Positions 49,963 to 62,700 of a stretch of 64,000 nt of DNA are shown here, in pieces. Position 1 is the first letter of the stretch; each line of letters opens with the position of its first letter. The stretch covers positions 558,001-622,000 of the forward strand of contig CDROCS010002633.1 in NCBI GenBank assembly GCA_977020255.1, given 5' to 3'. The notes under the pieces were generated by a model. It saw only the letters and a program-made list of their open reading frames with translations, was not told where the DNA came from and ran no database searches. The translations under genes and the position numbers were made by a program. The stretch is from Obrimoposthia wandeli. Lineage: Eukaryota.

Positions 49963-52169
49963 TAATGAATTAATGAACTCATCCGAATAAAATGAAAATG
50001 TTGAAATCATTTCCAATTTATGTAGTTGATGATTTAAAAAAAATTGCGACCCTATATATATGTATCTAGTTATAAATTCTTATAAGAAAAATATTTTTCG
50101 AGCCCCCGATGCTTTCTGGTCACCTGGCCTTGTTTGTTTGCTTCAGCTTGTTGAAGAAGGCAATATTTATAAAATTGCCAGGCTGATTTGACTGTATCCA
50201 TATGGACTTACTCTATGATAAGCAAAACGATTCCCCATGCTGTATCCAACTCGTTTCATGAATATTGCGTTGTAAGTTTTAAGTTGCTGTGTATCGATAT
50301 TGCGATGTTCAGCCATCAAAAGAAAGAAATTTACGAGTGCCACATCCATTAGGTTCATATTAAAATGTAATATCACCTTTCGTACGATCATCTAATGTTC
50401 GTTCCACTGGTGGTAACTCGCGTTTTTTGACTAAATTGATCCTAAATTTGATGTTTATGTCTCTCAGTTTGTTGATCAACACTAGTGAAGTAGAGTAATT
50501 GTCACCCTCTAAGTTATAACCCTTGTCCAGATAAGGAGTATTTTATTGGTCACCAGCCACTTCAGCCACAGAAGAACATTGTTCAAGAATGTAATCCCTC
50601 GCAGAATCTTGACAAATAGAGACCAATCAATTGAGGCAGAAACCAGAAGACGCTTTGGACAACCAAAAACATTTTGTTCATATCCGTTTGATTGTTCAAA
50701 TCAGTACATTATTGTGACATTTGCATTATCAAATCCAATTGACTTGAATATAATATTCCATTTACAAAGTTGAGAACATTATTTTGAATAAAATTGTCTA
50801 CTCCAAAGTATCTGCAAGCTAACCTAAAAGAAAACTTTAATTAGACTTTATGAAGTATGTTGACAGCAGCGTTTCTCAAACTGTGGACTATGACTCAAAT
50901 TATCAACCAAAGTAAATTAATCCAGTTTTCAAAAATAAATTACCCACTGCAAAAAATCAGACGTCTGTTGAGTATTTGTCTTACACGACAATTCTACAAT
51001 AAATTTTGACTGGGCCACAGTTACAAGATTTTGATCAAATTCTAAGAACTAAAAGTTAATTCATTCAAAATAATCGAAAGAGAATGACAGCACCTCGAAT
51101 AGATTTGGTGAAGTAAATAAGAGAAAGAGAAGTTATAGAGTTATTAATTAAATGACATTTTGCTTGATGGGATATCATTATTGCGATGTATAATTTGCAA
51201 CAGAGTTGAAAATTGTCATAGGTTAGCCAGTAAATTAAAAAAAGTGTTTTCCTATATTTTGCATACATCACCTGTCACAATCTTCGACCTAAATAAAGAG
51301 TTATTTAAATAATTATTTAACTGATTTTGTAACTTCTACTAAATATTGTAAAGTTAGACTTAAGTTGAACATATATATATTACTTATAAATAAAGTAGTA
51401 AATTATAAAAATATCGATACTGGCTCCAACTCGTATTTGAGTAACAGACTTGTAATCCCTGTCAGATATCTCCATTTTCTTTCGATTTATTTTCTTTATT
51501 GTTTTATTAAATATAAATATACTTACCACCATTTGTTTATTCTAATTATTATATTTAAAAGATTTTTTTATAATTTTAGGCCTTATTTATGCATTACAAG
51601 TTAGTTAATAATAGACTTGGTAAAAAATAAGTACAGTTAGAATAAACGAATAAATAGCACTAGTAATATGTAATGATAAATTTCGTTAATTTCCACTTCC
51701 CGATGGCACTTGGTGGCAATCTATATTTGAACAATGGAAAATCTATAGATACGAAATTGTCCTCCACCCCAACAACAGTCCCACTCACCTATACATCCTG
51801 ACTATTTTACCTATCGCGGACTCGGGTCACACCTGCTATTTCAGGCTTGTTTACACGTCTGTGCATAATACGGTCATGTTCTAAATTCAGTAATCCATAC
51901 CCTGTACCGGCCTCCTCTCCGAGGTAGACAAATAAATTGGCTATTAACCCCATACATCTGTCTGGAGTGAAAACAAATGTCTGTGTGCAATGTACATGAC
52001 TGAGTAAAAACCCTAAATGTATAGATTTTTTTCAATGAAATATACACAGATTTTTCTCCCATTGCAGATCAATTTACTAGTAGTGACCGCGCTGTTTGAC
52101 CCACAAGTTAGGTACGATTAGCTTCTGAAATTTCAGACAGGTTTTGCTGACAGTGTATCAGTTTTCACT

Positions 52170-54700
52170 TGTTTTAAAACTTTTATTTATAAACGACAAG
52201 CGGCAAACAGTTACGCCACACACCGGTGGACGCAACAAAAAAGGAGGAGAAAATCACGATAAGGTGTGTCCTCAGGATGCAAACAGGTCTGGGCACAGTC
52301 CGGAGCAGACAGCGTTGGGCATCAGAGCAATGATGTAGTGGAGCTAGTAGTCTTAGTATCATCTGGAGACACTGCAGCTCTCCATGTTGCTTGTGACTGC
52401 AGGTGTGACAGCCTTGATGTTCAGTGTCCATGTCACCAGCAGCAGGCGAAGCATGTTGGGGCTGATAGCCAATGTAGATTGATTCGCAGCGACGTAAAGC
52501 AGCGATGGAGACACAGACATATCAGACAAACCAGGTACAGAGTGCACCGAGACTATTTACAAACTTTGGACACAATAAAAATAAAACAAAGACACATCGG
52601 ATGAAGGTAGAGACTGTCAGCCAAGCTGATGAGCTTGATAGATCTGGTGGCTGGCCTTCAGAGCAGCGGTGACACATTTATGCGCTAATAACGTGCATAC
52701 GCTTTTGGGGATGCTGAGTCTCTTCAGGAATTCGTCATTTCTGGGGTCCCAGGAGCCGAGGGCGCCCACCACAAAGGTCTCGACAAGAACACACTGTCCA
52801 GTGCGCGCTCTGAGATCCTCAGCTAGTGGCTCATACTTTGTCTCGTTGTTGAGTCGGGCCTTGTTGAGATTAGGTAGTGTGTCGTATGGCGACTTGAAAT
52901 CTATGATGTATATGATTCTGGTCAGCGGGCAGGTTGTCTGGATGTCAGGCCGCTGGGCCAGCTCAGAACCATCGACTGTGGAGTCGATTTGTACTTTGTA
53001 GTCACATGAAAGCAGACTTTCGCAGAGGAGTCGCTGGATTTCGTTGTGACGCCCGGTCCTGAGGTCACGATGTTTGGGACATATGGACAGGACATGAAAG
53101 GCCGTTTCTGAGGCATTACCGCATCGACGGCAGAATCTGACGGAGTCAGGACCAACATTGGTGGGAGCGCTGCGAAGTTGCAGTATATTGCAGCGAGCCT
53201 TGAACGAGAAGGACCAGCAGTGGTCTGAGAGATCCCGATTGTTGAGTAGCTTGTTGGAGAGAGGAGACTGGGAGAAGGCTGAGACACAGAGCCCCTGTAG
53301 CTTCATTTTGTTCCACTCCTCATAGTAAAAGAGCGAGAGGAGGTCGTGTAGATAGGCGCACACATCTCCTTTGTTGGCCGGTTTGAAGAAGGCATCATGT
53401 GGAGCCGTACTGGTAGCTTCTATACTGAGAAGCACGGCACTGTCCATGCCTACGGAGAACTCGGCGCAGATTTTGCACTTATTCTTTAGATGCCTAACTG
53501 CTTCACGGACCTTTCTCCACCAGGTAGTTTGACGGTCGTGTGAGGGGCAATGAGCACCGTTCAACCATGCAATAGACTCTGCGAGTGAGAGTGGGTGATC
53601 GGCCTTTGGCAGTCTTGACTTTGCGTGGCGAATGAGCTCAAGGCGAGAGAAGTTGGCCACGGATAGATCGCGACTCGCAAACAGGCGAAAAGCGTGGACA
53701 ATGCTCTGGATGGCGTAGTCGTCGCCTGCAGGGACAATTTCCAGGCCACCTTTCTCCGTGCTCGCATACAGGAAGGCATTTGTCAAGATTTTGGCAGGAA
53801 CCTTTAGGATAGACTTGAGTAATCCTCTTACTTTCTCATCGTATCCGGTTCCTTGTGTTGCGTTGACAGATTGGCGACCGTGAGCAGAGGATAGCGTCTG
53901 AACTGGAACTACTCGATTGCGGAGGTGGAAGGGAAGCCGAGATTGTACAAAGGTCTTGAAGGCTCTAAACTTTTGGCGAGGAGCAAGGGTGCTTCCGCAG
54001 ATAGCAGCAAGGTCTTTGAGGTTTTCGTCCAGCACACTGTTGAGGTCTTGTCGCCGCTTAGGTGAGAAAGGCACTCCCAAATAAAAGTATGGAGCATGAT
54101 CAGCAGACGAGGGAATAGAAGCCGAATCTATTAACAGAGGTGCAGGTGCAGCAGCGTTGCTATAGTAGAGACACTTAGCGGGTCGAAAGACTAGGTTGAC
54201 ATAAGAAGCCATAGTCACAGTCTGAGAGAGCAGTGAAATCATCTCAGATGAAGAGGTGGTCATGAGGACCAAATCATCGGCGTAGGCCATGACAGGACAG
54301 AGCGATACAGAGGCCGGAAGATGGAAGGAAAGTGTGCGAGGAATCAGAAAATCGATGCACAAGCAGAATAGCGTCATGGAGAGTGGGCAGCCCTGTTTGA
54401 CACCACTGTTGAGCGGTATTGGCGATGTGAGAACTGGGCCACATGAGTAGCAGCTGTTGTTTTCTCGGTAGATGTCTCTAACGACTGCGAGAGAGCGCGG
54501 GGAGATCTCGAGCTTGGACAGTATATGCCAGATGAGTGCGTGTGGAACAGAGCCGAAGGCGTCTGCGAGATCCAGGAAAACCAGATGGAGACCTAGTTTG
54601 CTGGTCGGGACGCGTCCGTAGTTGTGTCTCTGCACATACTCGATGACCGAGTTCAGGACAAAGTTGTGCTCAGAGCAGCCGTCCGAACTAAGGATTGCTT
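52170..54700 (-). mobile_element. Second R2/NeSL/Utopia-type REL retrotransposon, 5'-truncated, open reading frame
   Basis: Uninterrupted frame from ~54695 to 52617: DGCSEHNF, LDLADAFGSVPH, GVKQGCPLS, YADDL, YFYLG, CRRCGNASETAFHVLSIC, RHN, RPD..IDFKSPY and VGALGSWDP. GC-rich 3' UTR to about 52170. Confidence 0.92.
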
Positions 54701-55925
54701 TTATTGCTTTTCTACCGACTGTACCCTGTAACACTGTAACAATATACATAACTTTATTAAAATCCAGACTACGTCTGAAAGAAAGTCTGTGTTCCACAAA
54801 GACTAAAAGCCGTGGGATCCTCATTTATTGAAGATTTTACATTATCTACAACTACAGTTTACGTTTTGGTAAATATGCTATCGTGGTAGTGGTTTTAAAA
54901 AAATTGTTGTCATCGTAAAAAATATTTCCTAAATTTATGAGAACTTCATTTGTTTAAACATTATTGTACGACAAATAAACAAAAAATCATTTCAAATCCT
55001 GGTATTATAATGACTGTTTTATGTATCCATTTTGTTTTAGTTTTACAATCAATCGATTTTTCATTTAATTACGTTATTAAACCGCGTTTTTAAAACGGAC
55101 TTCTAAAATTGAAGGACCAAATAGAAACATTAAGATTCCATAAGAGACTAATAAAGAAATAACCCAACTGAGCATATCTGAATATTAAAATAATCACTTC
55201 TAAATAGAGTTAAAATTTGAGAAATTAAAAAAAAAACTTTTAAATTCATTTTGTTTGAAAGCTCTCTAAAAGCCGAAATGAAAAAAACTTGATTTGAACT
55301 AAAATAATTTATTTTAATTTTAAACACCATTCAAATTAATTTTTGTAACCTTTTTACATTTTACATTTTAAAATTGGAACAAAAAATAATGCCGGAGGCA
55401 GTTACAAGACTTTTAATCATTTTTTATTACTTATTTTCTATTTTAATATATAAATTTAGCAAATATTAACCCATAATTTCATCGTCAATTTAATATTATT
55501 AATTAATAAAATTAATAGACAACCTGTAGAAATATCTGCTTTGCTGAAATTTTAAAAATGTAATTTAATTTTGACAGATGTCTGAAATAATTAACTAACA
55601 TTTCAATTTCAATGTCTAAAATCGCTCGCGGGCAAAAATAACAGATTCATTCAGAAATGTTTGACGTTTGGGAAATAAAATTACCTATGTAACGATTTGT
55701 ATATTTTTATTTATTATTATAATATTCGTTATCATGATGTGACTTAAAATCTGTTCTGTTTTCTGATAATGCACATTTTAATAAATCACACTACGACTTT
55801 AAGATGTATTTAAAATTTCATCAGATTAACCTTTATCTGTACGTAACAAAATAATATCAGAATTCTGATCAAACTCAGTTCCGGTGATAAAAACAAAAGC
55901 ATTCATATTAAGAATTAGTCTAGAG

Positions 55926-56192
55926 CGGCGGTTTCCACACTTTTGGAAAGGTGTCCCAGTAGAAAACAGGAAAACATTTGTGCCACCTTTTAAAATAATT
56001 AGTAACACAATTATATTTATTAATTCAATAGCTTTTTTTAATAAACAAATTTCTAACGTAAAATAGCTTTGCAAAATTATTGAAGATTACTCTTTCATGG
56101 TAATGTTCAATCATTTTATTTGAAGTATCGAGATAGATTTTTAACTCGACTCTTTAACAAAATCAGTCGCGCCCACACTTTGGAAACCGCTG
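55926..56192. mobile_element. hAT-type MITE
   Basis: Ends cggcggtttccaca / tttggaaaccgctg are imperfect TIRs. Flanks gtctagag / atcttgat resemble a decayed NTCTAGAN target duplication. Confidence 0.5.
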
Positions 56193-58419
56193 ATCTTGAT
56201 TGTGTGGCCTACTTCAGTCAGAGTGACCTAAACGATAATTTATTAAGTTTGTATACCTAGTCTCAATTTACAGTATTGTCGCTTGTGTGTGGTGAGGCCT
56301 ATTGAAAAACTAATGTCGGTTATGTTAAGGGATTTAGAATTGAGTCAGTTAAGTCTACAGTTTATGGTTTTGTAAATTAGCGATTATCTGGACCGTGACT
56401 GATCGGTTTAGTCGAGCTGGGAGCTGTCAAGTAAGTGACATAGGGTGACGAACAATGGTTACTCTATGAGTTCTGTTAACACAGGTTGATCGCTCTAAAC
56501 TCAGAGATGACGACTGGGTGTGTATGTCAAACTAGAGCCATTCACTGCTAAGTTGCGATTCAGTACAACTCTAGTAGTTAGAATTAGGTGTAATATGGCT
56601 ATCATATTTGAGAACCGGCGGTTAAATATGCGTTGATAATAATAATTTCATCTTTTTATTAAGGGCTATTATACAAAAAAGCAATTTACGCAAATATTTA
56701 AAAAATAACTAAATTACTAAGAACTAAATAACTACTTATATTTTATTCTATAAATAAGCAACAATATAATATATGATACTATTCATTGTCGTCACTGATA
56801 TTCAAATTTCCAATGTTTAGCAGTTCATCCATATACAATCTGTTAACAGTGCTGGCATCATCACTGTTCGAATCATCATCGTTATCTCTATTTTTGTTTT
56901 CTAAGTCCCAAAAATATCGTACTCAGACCTATACATAGCATTCGAAATGCAATATTTCTTAAATGATTTAACTATCATGTAACGACTAAATAATACAACG
57001 TTTTAAGACAAGGTTACATATTTTCACAAGATAGGTCTTTTTCATATTTCCACCTTTTGTAAACTGATTATCACTACATGACATCCATTCGTTCAATTTG
57101 AGCGTGTCTCGTACATTTCAAAGGTTGTAGCATATATGTCAAACCACATGGGCCAAGGAAGATAAATCTAGTGGGGGAGGATGAGGGGATTTCGGGAAGG
57201 AAGTTGAAAACGAATTAAGTAGGAAGAACGGGAATCCATTAGTTCACGAAGAAGAACTCAGACTCCATTAGTTCACGAAGAAGCACTCAGACAGGAATAC
57301 TTCGAGACGCAGCCACCATATCCCATCTTCAGAGGCCGCGAGAAGTGAGAAGTGAGAGGTGAGTAAATTTGATATATAAAGAGAAATTAATTCTCGGTTA
57401 TTGCAGAAAAATATCAGAATATCAGAAAAATTCGGAACTACAGATATTCAAGTTAGTAAATTTAGAACTACAGATATTTAAATTGAACTGATGAGCAAAA
57501 AACACAAATTACATAAAGTACATTTTTTGAGTAAAGACGAATTGAATTTTAAAGTATATTTTTGAGTAAAGAAGAATGTACATTTTTGAATAAAGACGAA
57601 TTGAATTTTAAGTACATTTTGAATAAAAGATGAATTGAAAATGTAAGTACATTTCGAGTAAAACGACGTTATTGATTAAGTCGGCAATAACATATTAAAT
57701 TTAAGAGTTATATATACGGATAGAAAGACACGGGTAATAATTTGAAGGGTAATTATAGCAGGAGGCGTATAAAAGTATATGCATAGAAATGCGTCAACCC
57801 TATTGTGTATTCTGTAGTAATTTTAAGAAGTTTTAAATTAAATATAGTTATTTTAGCGAATCGAAAGAACATTCATTCCGAGTTAAATTCCTTGTGAAGT
57901 TCGTTTGCCTCTTAACATATAGATTAGCCGAGGGACAACCCACGAGACAATATTCCACGTGCTGACAGATTCAGAGGAGTATTGTTACGTCGATTGGTCC
58001 CGGCTCTGTTTCATCGATATTCGGTCTTGGTGATGTCAGACCCTTCTGACATAGAAGCTAACTCAACTGATAGACTATCCACTCTGCGTTACATCACACC
58101 ACACTAGATTTGGGCCCCTACCAGCTATTCTGTGAACACAACTCCCTGAACACACTACAAAACAATAAGACACAAAACCTTCAGATTGAAACTAGAATTA
58201 AGTAGGACACGAACAGGTAGGCAACATCCATATGTAGGCCCTATCGCTACAGAACTCACGTTGTGTTCCTCAATACGAGGATCTAATCGAAGAGTTTCAA
58301 ATAGAAACCCCAACATATGAACGCATCTAGAACTAATAAACTTTATTTCTTAATAACTCTGTCTTTTACACCATACAATATTTTCCCAGTTTAACATCAG
58401 GGCATCGTCCATTCATTCT

Positions 58420-59120
58420 TTTGCCTTGACCCAAGCAGTTTTATCCTAAGGAAATTGATCCTTTGAAAATATGTTGCGCTTGAAAACTATATATGGAGGA
58501 AGCCTTCCCCATCGGCAGTCATCGCTAACATTATAGTTAATCTTTTCTTTACATTGACTGAAGTATTTCCTTAAGGTGGAAAATCGAACGTTATTGGCGT
58601 TTCCAATTTGAGAAATTTCCTATTTATTTCGCTGTCTCATTTGCATTACAAACTTCTGTAACTCGATAATTTTATTCTCATAATCCTCAGGAGGTTTTTG
58701 ATCAACATACGTTCCATACATGCCTTTTACAAAGGCTTTGGAATCATGAGTCATAGAATAGTCGAAACACAATTTCCTTCTTTGCGTGTTTCTGTTCCAA
58801 GTCGGATATTTTGATGATTTACTTCTATTTGTGTGCTTCTTTCTGCTCATAGTTAAAAGCGACATTTCATTTTAGCCAATCTCTGATATGACCTTCTGAC
58901 ACATTAAATTATCTACCGGCAGCACGATTTCTATTATAAAACAATTAATAAGTAATATATAATAAATTAATAAAGTAATTTAATTATTAAAGGAATTAAT
59001 AAACTATGAAACAAACTTCTTTAGCAAATTAATACTGCACTATATACAGGAAAACTGCGATTTTCTTGAAATTTTCGTCTGAAATTGAGGGTGCGCCTTA
59101 TATACGGCTAATACTTATAT
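58420..59120 (-). mobile_element. pogo/Tigger-type transposase relic
   Basis: QKPPEDYENKIIELQKFV..QIGN, KRLTIMLAMTADG and LPPYIVFKR motifs across broken frames. Confidence 0.6.
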
Positions 59121-60188
59121 ACTAAAAAATGGCTAAATGATTGTTTTCGAATTTTCGTAATTGCTAAAAAATATTATTAAAATTTCTTCATAATTTTTTT
59201 AATTTCTGCTTAACAAAATAATTTGTAAAGGTTTTTGTGTAGATTAAATCATTGTAGGTTTTAAAACTTATTTATTATAATTCATTTACGGTGAACATTT
59301 CCAACATGAAGTGTAATGCAAAGTTTCATACGTTTCTTGTAATAGTTAACAGCATTATCGCACATTTCCCCTGTTATGTTTCTTGATTCATCCACCATAC
59401 AATTTGTCAACTCTTGAATAGTTTTGGGTTTTCTTTTAAAAAATAGAGTTTCAAAGTAATTAAATTTTGTTAAAAAAAATTATTAAAAAAATTATTTTTC
59501 TCAAATTTTCAACAATTTTTTTATATTTTAAATTTTAAAATTCTTTCGCGTCAAAATTAAATTGTTTCTAAATATGTTGATAAACATTCTGATATACTTT
59601 TTTCGTACATAAATAATTTTCAATATATAAAAAATGTTGAAATTACTTTTAGTTTATTTTGTAGACTTTCACTGCAACTTAAGTTTAAAAACCTGTATCA
59701 GAATTCATGAGAATTTACTTTGGTCCACTAGATATGTGAAGATGACGGATAATTCTTAGAAAAGAATGTCTGATGAGGCTATAAAATAAATTTGAAAAAG
59801 AATAAGATTTTATATTACACATATTTGTCATATTTTTAACAGTGTATTTAATTTTTATAACAAATAAATCTACAAAAAGATATTCAAATATGTACGGTAA
59901 TCAGACGAAAATAATCAAACACATGTCTGTCTGTAATGACCGTTCAAATTTATATTTTTTTTAAAAATTTTGATAGTAGTATTAACGTTATATAATTTTT
60001 AGTATTTTGTGCTTATTAGTATTATGTATTATACATATCTTAGTAGACTTTATTATAATTTTGTTTACTGCATTAATGTGTTGATCATTCTTATGGACAT
60101 TATAACTATATGTGAGTTCAGCATATATTTCCCAAAAATACGTAACAAAAATAGTAAATACATAATTTTAGCGAACTCGTGTGAGCAG

Positions 60189-60416
60189 GTGGAACCTTGT
60201 TGCTGGATGACGTATACGGTGCACCGCGACACTCAGGAGATTCTGCAGATTTTGGACCGCGTCGACATTGACAAAGAACACGAAAGCGACATTGAGCTCT
60301 ATCGCCGATTCGGACTTGATGCCGAATTCGAGGCCCAAGAGCTCAATGCTTGGCAGCGATTTCGACCAAGAGTGTGGCTCATGCTAGAGCAATCCAGCAG
60401 CTCTCTCGGAGCCAAG
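60189..60416 (+). CDS. Shaw: Shaw/Kv3 channel exon (end of T1 to pre-S1)
   Basis: VEPCCWMTYTVHRDTQEILQILDRVDID...ELNAWQRFRPRVWLMLEQSSSSLGAK matches Shaw-family sequence. 228 nt, ending at an AAG|GTCAGT donor. Confidence 0.93.
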
Positions 60417-60915
60417 GTCAGTGTCCTTGTCTCAGTGGTGCAGACACATTCAGCAACTATCTTTATCTCCTCTTAAAATAATCCACAAATGTAAAATAGA
60501 ATCATGTTGAAATGCAGATGTAAAAACGATGATTTCACACTTACATATAAATTCAGGCAAGGTATTGTTATACACTCTCTCTTCCAAATTTCTACTGACT
60601 ATATGGCTTTCCTCTTTGTCAGTTCAGTCGCATTTTAGAAGTGATTCAGTGTATCTCTGTTTGCGGTAGTAAAATATGTGAATATGATACTTAATAGATT
60701 GTTATTAATTTCACTTTTTAAAACATAATCTTGAAGCAAATATGCAATCAATTCCAGTTGTAAAAGACTTTGAAATAATTCGTTCAAATTTTCCACAACA
60801 AATTCAAACAATGGATTATTATAAAGGTGGGTTTTTCAATCATGATTCTCTACATTGATGATGCTTGGGAGTTAAAATCGGGTTAGATTTACTCCAACTT
60901 GAATCAAGGCATATT

Positions 60916-61070
60916 AGTAGGTGGATGTGTCCGGTCTAATCCACACACCCCCTCCTGTCCTTTAAAACCGTGCATGTGTGTGGAGTGAAATTTCGTGTAG
61001 GTGTGTGGAGTGAAATTTTACTCCACACACATGCACGGTTTTAAAGGACAGGGAGGGGGGGTTCCCTAAA
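60916..61070 (+). mobile_element. Further E2-family Maverick terminus (independent insertion)
   Basis: The first ~110 bp are nearly identical to 33367 onward, starting AGTAGGTGGATG. Internal ~40-bp-arm palindrome. Confidence 0.8.
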
Positions 61071-61139
61071 AAAAACGGGTGATGGGTCAAAGTCGATGGG
61101 TGATGGGCGTTAGGCCGGTGGTGGTTATCCACCAACACT

Positions 61140-61220
61140 ACAGCACACAACACCACATCATTCCACACCACACCACACCACACCACACCATACCACACCA
61201 CACCACACCATACCATACCA
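61140..61220. repeat. (CACCA)n-like simple repeat running into an assembly gap
   Basis: cacaccacaccatacca units. Confidence 0.85.
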
Positions 61221-61679
61221 NNNNNNNNNNNNNNNNNNNNNNNNNNNNNNNNNNNNNNNNNNNNNNNNNNNNNNNNNNNNNNNNNNNNNNNNNNNNNNNN
61301 NNNNNNNNNNNNNNNNNNNNNNNNNNNNNNNNNNNNNNNNNNNNNNNNNNNNNNNNNNNNNNNNNNNNNNNNNNNNNNNNNNNNNNNNNNNNNNNNNNNN
61401 NNNNNNNNNNNNNNNNNNNNNNNNNNNNNNNNNNNNNNNNNNNNNNNNNNNNNNNNNNNNNNNNNNNNNNNNNNNNNNNNNNNNNNNNNNNNNNNNNNNN
61501 NNNNNNNNNNNNNNNNNNNNNNNNNNNNNNNNNNNNNNNNNNNNNNNNNNNNNNNNNNNNNNNNNNCCGAAACATTCCACCCACCGCCCGCCCCTTCAAT
61601 ATATATCCTATATTTTTTCTTCTGAATCCTACTAACATTATATACATCGCTTTTATTTTCATTCAATCTAGCTATCTAG

Positions 61680-62700
61680 GCTATATTTTCTTTACCAAAA
61701 CCTCCTAAACATTCCTGCTAAATCCCTTCTAAACCCTTCAAAGCTTTAATCTTTCTTCTGAACCATCTAAACATCATCGTTAAATTTCCCTCTAAATTCA
61801 TCTAATTTCTTCTTCTGAAACCTCTTGAACTCCCCATTAAATCTCCCTCTAAATTCCTTTAATTTCTTCTAAAACCTCCCTATACATATTCTCTTCTGAA
61901 CCAATTTGAGTTATATTTCCTCTTCTGAAACCTCTTGAAATATCCGTTAAATCTTCCTTTAATCTCCTTTAAGGTTATATTTTCTCTTCTGAAATCTCTT
62001 GAACTCCTCGGTTAAATTCTCCTTTGAACCCTTTAATTTCCCCTATGAACCAATTTTAGGTTTTAATTTCTTTTTTCTGAAACTTCCTAAATACTCCTTT
62101 TAAATACTTCTCTAAACGCCTTTTAAGGCTATATTTTCTGATACCTTCTAAATATTCCTGCTAAATCCCTTCTAAACCCTTAAAATCTATAATATTTCTT
62201 CTGAAACCTCTTGAACACTTTTTCAATTTGTCTTTTATAACCATTCTATAACCTTCTAAATAGCTCGTAAATTTCCTCTTTGAACTCTTCTATGTAATAA
62301 ATTATTTTATAAACTTCCTAAATACTTTGTAATTTTTTTCTTTGAACTTCTAAACATCCCGTTAAATTCCATTCCTAAATCTCTTAAATAAATCACATCA
62401 ATTTCACTTCATAATCCAATCTAGGCTATATTTGTTTCTTTTGATACCTCCTAAAAGTATCGTTAATTTCTCCTCTGAACCGCTACTTATTTTATTATCT
62501 TTAATCTTCCATGTATTAATTACTCTTCTAGAGAACCTTTTGAACAAATCGTGAGTTTCTCTTCTAAAACTCTATCCATTATTTTCTATTCTTAAACCTT
62601 ATAAACCCCCATGTCATATCTCATCTAAATGTAACAAATCTCATACATCTTGTTAATTTCTCTTATAGAACCTTTTATGTATAATTTCTTTACTAGACCG
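61680..62700. repeat. Degenerate tandem repeats (cttctgaaacctcttgaa / ccgttaaattt), probably Maverick subterminal DNA
   Basis: The motif recurs many times downstream of the 60916 terminus. No ORF. Confidence 0.5.

Larger units (their letters stand above)
15643..60188 (+). other. Shaw: 44.5 kb phase-0 intron of the Shaw gene
   Basis: Joining DANQ|VEPCCWMTY restores the contiguous conserved Shaw motif WGLDxNQVEPCCW. GT...CAG boundaries. Confidence 0.9.

Noticed and set aside
52075-52100. AGTAGT as another Maverick terminus
   Set aside because: No subterminal repeats, element genes or partner end nearby.
56200-58320. LTR-like GC-richer blocks (tgtagc..taaca at 57126-57692; tgttac..ccccaaca at ~57985-58315)
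   Set aside because: No matching TSD, partner LTR, PBS or PPT could be identified.
33367-61070. Direct repeats at 33367 and 60916 as LTRs or ends of one 27 kb element
   Set aside because: They are in the same orientation (not TIRs), have AG rather than TG..CA termini, and the span would include a host Shaw exon. Two insertions are more parsimonious.
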